From Candidatus Omnitrophota bacterium (GTDB taxonomy: Bacteria > Omnitrophota > Gorgyraeia > Zapsychrales > Fredricksoniimonadaceae): DNA of 64,000 bases. Within the stretch, counting starts at the first letter, position 1, and every line of letters begins with the position of its first letter. The stretch lies in NCBI GenBank assembly GCA_028870995.1, contig JAGWOI010000003.1, positions 39,955 through 103,954 of the forward strand, read 5' to 3'. A program made the position numbers and the translations under genes. The notes under the pieces are model-generated. The model worked only from the letters and a program-made list of their open reading frames with translations. It was not told the origin of the DNA and made no database searches. Of the stretch, positions 28,901-37,900 are shown piece by piece.

Positions 28901-31900
28901 TAAAGGTGCTTGATCCAAATGAGATCAAAGGCTTACCGCAGCAGTTCACAGAAAAGCAGCAACAAGCCCATCAAAGCCTCGTTTATAAAAAGGACGTCAT
29001 CCACGGCACAGAGTCATTGATGGTCATGGATAACGAAAACTACGGCCGTTATACCGCCAAATATACGGCGGATCAATTTACCAATCCTGAAGGCCAGACC
29101 TCAAAATTAAGCACGGTCTTAATTCCTGAATACCGCCCCGATTTTATGGGAGGGCAGGTGCCGTATGTGACACGCGAGTACAGCGGTGCCGGCAAACTAA
29201 TGAAGGAAAGCCTGACCATTTCCATTGATGCCGTCACCCAGGTGACAACCGTTCAAGAGAAGAACATGCGCACCGGTGAGGTGATTGAGAAGAATATTGA
29301 GCCTCTTTTCGGTAATTCGCTGACGGAATCCAAGATGGATTCTTTGGGCCGACAAGAGATTGTGAGCAATGTTTACAGCAACGACTACTTGCACGTCTCT
29401 TCCACCACGGTCATAGGCGGAACCTTGGCTGTCGAGACCAAGGGCACCTATAATCAAGCCGCTCAGCAATGGACCCTGGAACAAACCCGCTGGAATTACA
29501 GCAGGAATGCTCAACAGGAAAAAGTCCCTGTCAAATATGAGACAGTTCGCAGCGTCTTAAGTGCCGGCGGGCATTTGATCTATGAAGATACCATGTTTCC
29601 CCAAAATGTTTATGAAATAAACGGGCATACGTACACCGAAAACGACCGCAGGTTTATCCCGGAATACGACGTAAACGGTAATATCAGCCGCAGTACGGAA
29701 GGAATCATTGCCAATGGAGTTTTTACTCCCAAAGAGATTATGGAATACAGCGATTACGGTGATTTCTTTGCGGCGCGGCAATCGTTCACCAAGCGCATCA
29801 TCAATGGTAAGGAAATCATCTATTCGACCTCCCGGCTGCTGACAACGCCGGCGGAATATCAAAAAAGCGGCAAATTACGTTTCGAGGTCACGAGCAAGGT
29901 CTATGACAAGGCCGATGATCCTGCCACATGGATTGAGACGACTGACAGGGACGGGCATTTGGTCGAGAAATCCCTGCAGGTTTATGACGGCCAAAATCTG
30001 GTCGGTGAACAGGTCACGAGTTTCAGTAATTTCAATGTCCAGAATATTCCTGCTCAATCCACCACCTTTATCCGCCAGGGCGCTGCGAATGAGGTGCTTT
30101 CCACATCTATCGATAAGACTTCCCTTGAGGAGGCCAGGCTTGGCCTGGAGAGAACAGAGATCACCAATCAATTCAACGGCCTGGTCCGCCAGGAATTAAG
30201 AGACCGGCGCGGCCGGGTCATCGAAAACGACATTGAAGGCGTCGATCCGGTGACCGGACGGCAGGAGGTCCAGCGAAAGACTGTTTTTTATAATTTTAAC
30301 GAGTTCGATATTGCGGTTGATTCCGTTACAAAGTCCTTGCTGGAAGGGACCTTCACGCCGTACACGACATCCAAACTTTTGTCGGACTACAACGATATCC
30401 TGACCAATCACAGCATCCGTTTTCATGTGCATAATGATTTCTTAAGCAGCACGGCTAACAGCGTGGACTGGCAGGAAGTCAAGGACTATCACGGACACGT
30501 CATCGAATTGGACAAGGGGCATATGAATCCCAACGGCCAATTTGAGGCAACTCGCAAAATCACGTCAACCTATCAAGGGATCCCGGGTCTGATCGATGTG
30601 GCCAACAGCACCAGGACAGTCATGGTCATTGACGGCAAACCCGGGTTGCTGACCGATCAGAGCCATTTGATCACGGCGCATGGGGTGACCATTGACGCGC
30701 ATAATATCAACACCATTCCGGCCCAGGATATTTTTAACGGGGTGCACAAGGTCCGTTACCAAGGCATCAGCTATTTTACCGAATTGGAGGGTATGACGTC
30801 AACGGACCGCGATTATCAGGAGATAAGAAACAGCCTCGGTAATGTGGAGGTTACCCTGTTCGGAACAGTTGACCCGCAGGGCCATTTTAACAAGAACCGC
30901 AGCTTATACCGTGTTTATGGGACGACGGAAAATAATTTCAGCAACTTTGATATTGCAAAAGCCACTGTGACGACAGTGGGTGATAAAGGGCATGAAGAAG
31001 TGGTTTCTTATTCCAACAACACCCACATCACGGACGATGACCGGTACCTAATTTATAAGACTAAAAAGGGGCTAGGGGCGCAAGGACTTGTCCTGACCAA
31101 TGACGTGTTCGCTAATCTTGGCGCCATCACCGCCCAGGTCTCAGGACCGGAACACCAGTTGGATTTGACCCATCTGACAGAGACCATCAGCCAGGTCAAG
31201 GATTCCGAAGGAAGGGTTATATTTACCTTTTCAGGTTTTCCTTCCCTTAATATCAACGGATTCGGAACTGGCAATCCCGTCTTTGTGACGGTCAACCAGT
31301 ACCAGGAAAACAGGATCAGCCAGCCGGTGGCAGCCCACAGCCAGACTTATTTTTGGAAGAAAGCCATGGGGGATTATGACCCCACGGATAATTTCAATCA
31401 ATTGAAGAACTATATTCATAACAACCATCCGACGGTGATTGCCTCGCTCGACAACCTTATGTTTGACAAAGGCGTTGCCACCTATAAAACCGATGATATG
31501 AGGGAAGTCGGCTTGCGCACCGTGTCCATGCGTCTGGACGGGACCATGTACCGTAATTCTTATCAAGGCTCCGGTGTGGACGGCCCGGCCTTGTTTAATT
31601 TGTATTTTGACGAGCATGAATTACCCAGTTACGGCATGGAAATAGGCCCGAGCGGGATCGAAAAACCGTTCTCTATCTATAGACCGACCTTGTTTAACTA
31701 CGGCACCAATCTTGTACCGTATGTCTTGATCGATGAATTCCGTTCCCCGGAAAAAGGCGCTAATAATGAATTTGATTTTCAAAATCAGAAACCTCACGCT
31801 TCCATCCTGATGCATAACGGTACCATCCAGTTGGTACGCACAGGCTCAGCCGTGCGCACAACGCCGTTCTCTTCCATGTTCAGTTTGGGTGATTTGGAAA

Positions 31901-34900
31901 GGAACGGCGTATTCGGCAAGGCAGTGCGCCTTATTCATGAAACCGACCCTGAGAAAATTATGGACGCTGGCCATCAACAAGCCCAAAGCGGAACAGCCCA
32001 GAGCTATGTTTCTTCGTCAGCTAAGAAAATAACCTTTGAGCAAGAAACCTGGGGACAGAAGGCGGCATGGCTGGGACAACAGGCAGGCTTTTTGTTAGGG
32101 TCATTAGGATTCATGTACGCCGTTGTGCTGGCTGCCCGTATCTTCGGTTTTTCAACCAGCTCGCTTCGTTCATTACGGAAAAAAGACATCAATTCCGCCT
32201 CCCAGCAAAACTTCGAAGATCTTGGCTTCACCAAAGAGCAAAGCCAAATTATTCTGGACGAACGTTTCAGGAACGGCGCATTTTTAAGCCATCAGGATTT
32301 CAAAGACCGCCTGGGGGTAAAATTAAGCAGTGCCCACAAGCTTTCCGAGAAATGGCTGCCCAAAATGATTGCCAAGGCCCGCTTCTGGCTTGCCATGCAA
32401 GAGGTCTCATGGGCCAATGGAGAGGTGCCAGCGGAAAAAAGATTCAATACTCAAGACAGCCTGAGGCTGGCTGCCGCAGCCGATGACTCCGTCGTTGATT
32501 TCATGGCTGAACTTAAAGGCCTGTACGGTCTTAAGCCCGAACAGCAGGCGTCTTATGAAAGCGCCCTAAGGATGTTTGGGAAATACCTCAAGGCCGAACA
32601 ATTGCGCGATATTGTCAATACACCGCATTTCCGGTCTCTGGTCGATCATTACAGCAAACAGCGCGCAGCGGAAGTCATCTTGAAATTGATGTTTGAGAAG
32701 ATCCGCGACAATCAGGATTATAAGAATGCCGTCAGGCAGCGCGTTGACGATATTATCAGCAGCACAGGGATGGGCCGTGAATTCCCTGACCAGATTTTTG
32801 CCCTTAAGGACACCTTCCTTAAGAATATCGAGAATGCGCGGCTGCTTCCGGAAGGCCTGCGTTTCCATGATTTCGATATCAGCACGGATTTGCTGGCTTA
32901 TTCCTGGGATGACTTGCGCAAAGGCCCGGACATGGAGCGTCAGGTAAGAAGCGACCTTGTGTCCATCGAGAAATTGTTTGTCTTCCAGGTGATCTTCCAA
33001 AGGGCCCTCTTCGGCCTGGCAGGCCAGGGCAGGGCGGAAGAATATTTATGGGCCAAGTATGTTTGGCCTTCCATAAACAAGCGTCAAGCCCTGAACGACC
33101 CTGATATTCTCCAGAAGATCAAAGCCTTCAAACAGGTCTTTCATGCCTTGCTGCTGGATGAAGTCAATAAACGCCTGGAAGGCAACCGCGATCCCAAAGG
33201 CAAGGTGCTTTATTTTCAGAATATCGTTAATGAAGAGGTGTATAACGATGCCTTCCGTTATTTGTTAGGCCAGAAAGATCCCACCCTGGCTGATGCGGGT
33301 TGGACTCTGTCCGATGATGTCAAAAAGAAGACAGCGCCTATTAGAGAAAAATTGGAAAAGGCCCTGGCCGACATTAATGAGGTCATCGAACTGCCTTCAG
33401 AACAAAGGGCTGAAGAAGTCAAAACGAAAGCGGAAAAGATTAAGCCCCTGGTCCTTGCCTATGTCGGCGCGGTTGATCAACAGATCGGTATGCCGGTGCT
33501 CAAAGGACGCCTGTCTTATTGGCAGCTGACCGTCAACCCCTTGCTTAAGATACTGGGTAATAAAAAGATGCGCCAGCGGATTTTTTCCAAAGGCGGCCCC
33601 TACAACCAAAGCGCGCATGACCTGGTGCGGCGCCTCAATCATTATATTATTTTTGGATCGGTTGCCGTGATGTTTGCCGGCCTGACCCTTAACCTGTTCA
33701 GCGTCTTTCCCTTCATGGTCCCGCCGAGCTTTATTATGGCACCATGGTCCCCTTTGTTGGCAGGCGCGGCCGCCACAGTCACCTCCTTTGTCGGTTCATG
33801 GCTGGTCAAAAAAAGATTGATCAGTTCCTTAAATAAGAAATTAAAGAACGTGAACGAAGAACAAAATAAGGGGAAGAATAAAGAACAGCAGGAAAAGGTC
33901 ATTAAATCGTTCGGCTCCAAGGTAAAGTATCTATACCTTGCTCAAGCCGGTCTTGTCTTAGGCTCCTTGCTGTTGATGCCCACGCTGGCACCGGCGCTGA
34001 CGGCGTGGCTGGGCATTGCTCCTCAAATGTTACCGGTAGCTCCCTTCATTCGTTTTGCCATCCATCTGATACCGGTCATGATCTTCATCGATACCTGGCG
34101 GTTGTCCTTCTATGCCATGAACCATCTGGTTTCAGCCATGGCCTTGCAGCAATATTATGCCACCAATAATGTTTACGAAATCAACAATAAGTCCAGGACA
34201 GACAAAATAACCGGACGTTTAATGGCCCTTTTTAAAGATACCGCTCCGGCACTGGGGACTGTTTATAAAACGCGCGGCCAGGAACGCCTGGCCTCCTTTG
34301 TCAATGTGGTGGATGAAATGACCAGCGAAAAGGACAATTATTTCTTCGCAAAAAATATCGATAAGCAAGGGAAATCTTCTTTGACCGCTAAGCTTTCTCA
34401 ACTGGCAGGGGAACTGGTGGATGCTCAAGGCAAGCCTGATGCAGACAAGATAAGAGATCTGCAGGAAGAAATCGAAACATTTGTGGAAAAAGTAGCAATA
34501 CCTATCAATGTGGAAGGGAAAACAGCTGCCAAATCAGAGAAGCTTGGGCTGCAGAAGCTGGTTGATTTTGTTAATCATAACTACCGCCTGGATAAGGGGG
34601 CGAATCCTTCAACCTGGGGCCATGTGATTCCCACGACCGTGGCCATTATCGGCTACAGTGAAGACTGGTACTTTACCAACGGCGAGCTGCTGGATATCAA
34701 CCGCGGAACGTTCGAAGAGTCGACGATCATTGGAAAATTTGAAAACAGTACGACTGGCCATGACGTCCTGGATAAATTGCTTAAGCACGGCATTCTGCTT
34801 CAAGAAGGCTTAATGTCCAGGAAGGAAGAATTTAAGCGTAAGGTGCGCGTCAACGTGGATTTAAGCGACAAGGAGATCAAACAAATAGCATTGAATGCGG

Positions 34901-37900
34901 GCATAGATGAAAGCGATTTTAATAAAATCGCGCCTCTCCTGAAGGAATGGCGCGACGCCCAGAATGAAGCACAAGAATTTACCCATCGCCTGGGCATGCT
35001 GGCCAAATATAAAACAGAATTGTTCTTGCTCATGGTCAACCGCTTGACCAAGCCAGACTCCCTTGAACGCACAGAGCTTTTGAAAATGATCGATGATCCG
35101 ACCCATGTCCCTGAAGGCATCCTGGACTGGGAGATCTGGCCGCAGATACAGGAATGGGCCAACCTGCAGTTGCCAACGGGCTATGCCAATGCAGTGACCC
35201 AAAAACGTACCCTGATGCGTTTATATACGCATTATGCCAGAATATTCGGCGTAGCTAATCCCGAGGCCGCTGCTGAAGAGAAGATCCGTGTCATTGACCG
35301 CAATCTTATGGCCATGGATGCTTTGAATAAGGTGCTGATTCACGCCGTTGCCAAGACCACCTTTATTAAAGAATTCACGCAAGGGGAGCAGATTTTTAAT
35401 TGGTTGATGGGAAAAGGGTATTTTTATAATGAAGGCAAGAAACAAAATCCGCCCGTGCCTCCGGTTGATGGTCTTCCCAAACCATTGACAGCAGATTCTA
35501 AGAAAAAATTAAAGGAGCAATTCCCCGGGGACTATGAACGTATTGTTCCCATCCTGGAAGAAGCCGGCAGGGGCAGATTAAGAGAGATGCTGGATGTTTT
35601 GATTGAAACAGGGTATCAAGATACTTATAAAGTTTATCCGGATGGGACAAGCAGAGGTGTAAAGGATCCCTATAAGCTTATTAAGGACAATCAAGACAGG
35701 ATCATGGGGGGGATTGATAAAATTAGATACGATATCGATATGTTGACAAAGTTGATGGATTCCATCAAGTATGACCGGCTGTTCCCGGCCAGGTTAAAAG
35801 GCGGAGGGGTAGACACCGCCGATTTATTAACGGGAGAAAATTACCATGGCGCGAAATGGAACCAGAAAACAGCTATCCTGCCTTTCCTGGTGGGACCGGT
35901 TATCCTTAACCTTGATGCCGACCACCGTGCCAATTATGTGGATTACGAATCCCTTCCCAACCATTTGCTGGATTACAATTATTGGCCCGGCCTGGCTGTT
36001 TCAACGCCCATCGTCAAGCACACCTTGACCAAGGGCTTGGGTGTTTTCGGGAACATCCTGCCGGTCTCGGAGAATGCATTTTATTATCATGCCCAGCAGG
36101 CCAAGGAACTTTTCGGCGGCTTGACCGCGACGGGAAAGCTCTTCGAAAGGGTCTCAGCCCTCCGGCATTCCGAGGGAGTTACGGATTCTTATGTCGCCGA
36201 GGATGCGTTGTCGGCAATCAATTACCGGCGGTTCGGTTATGTCACCGGCCGCGCAGGCGCAGTAAAGGTGGAAAAGGGCTGGCCGTTCTCTTTCGCCGCG
36301 GCATCAACCCCGACGAGGAAGTGGTCTTATGACTCGGTGGAATCCGTCAGCGGCAGGACCGCCATGAAGGTGTACATGTCTCCGCTGGTTGACTGGCCAT
36401 TCCTGGTCAACAATTTCTGGCTGGACGGTTTTGGGTTTTATTTCAAGAAACCGGGGATCGTCCGCTATCTGCGCTGGCTGGTGGCGTTCTACCTGGTCAT
36501 GGATTGGAACCTTTTTTCCAACATTCCCCTCTCCATGTGGGTCGGCAGCATGATGCTTTCCCAGTCCATCAGCCAGGGCTTGTTTTTTTATAAGATATTC
36601 GACGAATCGCGGGGCTATGTAAAAGGCACGCTCAGCGCTTTGGGCAGCATTGCGGCCAGGATGTACAGTTATTTTGTGCATCAGGTCTTTGTTTTTGAGG
36701 AAACGGTGGGCAAACTTGCGCCCAACCGTTTGGGTAAATTCCTTTCAACGGCCTCCAAAGGGTCCAACCAGACCCGCATACAGAACAAGGACCTGATGTA
36801 TGTGCGCAGCAATTATGCCATCAAATCAGCCTCTGTTATGGCGGGGGTGACCTTGACCTTGATAGGTTTGTCCCTCAAAAAGTCCGGTTTATGGGCTCTT
36901 ACCCTGGGCATGGGTTTTGCCGGGGTGGCTGCACCGTTTTTGTTAAATCCGGTGCGGATCAGGAAACGTGTAAAAGATAATTTCAGCAATGGGAAGGATA
37001 TTGGAGGCGCTTTTGTCTGGGGCCTGACGGACAATGTGGAAATGCTGATGTATTATCTCAGCGGGTTATTGGCGCGCGTAGGGATAAAATCTTTTCGTTC
37101 AACAGAAGATGACCTGCAGATCAAGGTCTTAGACATGGTCCAGGCCAGAGTATCTCAGCCGTTGGACAAAATCCCTACCGGAAAATGGGGAACGACCTTT
37201 AAGGAAGCCTTTGGTCAGCAGGCCGAAGCCGCGGCTGAATTGGCCGAATACATATATTTATTCCATCAAAAGCCCAGCCATTATCGCAGCATGTATGGCC
37301 GTTCCGTCCTGCCTGCCGTTAACGGACTGTTAAAGATCCTGGCCAATAATCCCGGAAAAGAAGGAACGGATTATTCAAAGAAAATATTAGGGGATGAATT
37401 GGGGGCCTATAAGGAAGCCTTGGGGGTCCGCTTTAAGGAAGTTAAACAATATTTGGAGGTTTTTAAGCATGCCAAGGGGTATGAAAAAATGGTCAGAGAC
37501 GCCGAAAAACAGCTCGCTAAGGCGGATGAAATTTTAAAAAAGACTTCACCGTCAGCAAAGCAGCTGAACCGTGCCGATTGGTTGTTGACCCAGCTTTCCT
37601 GGATCCCGATGCGTATTCAGCGTCAACCTGGAACAATATCAAAACTGAGAGACCAATTTTTAAACACCATGATCGGCGTTGATGCCGTCTCTCAATTAGT
37701 GGCTTTTGCTTGGCTGCCTCTGCGATTATTCTTGGACAGGATAACAAGGACCCCTAAAACTGTTGAGAATGAAAAGAAGGCCTTGGAAATACCGAAATCC
37801 ACCGTTGTTCCTTTGGCGCCCAAAGCCGCGGAAGATAAGGCCATGGCAAGTTCTCCCAAACCCGCAGGAGTCAATAGGATTGCCAAGATTACCAATCCCG

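Noticed and set aside
28300-31900. Giant protein as an RHS/polymorphic toxin
   Set aside because: No DPxG-type core-end motif, toxin tip or immunity gene; the region is followed by TMs and a synthase-like domain.
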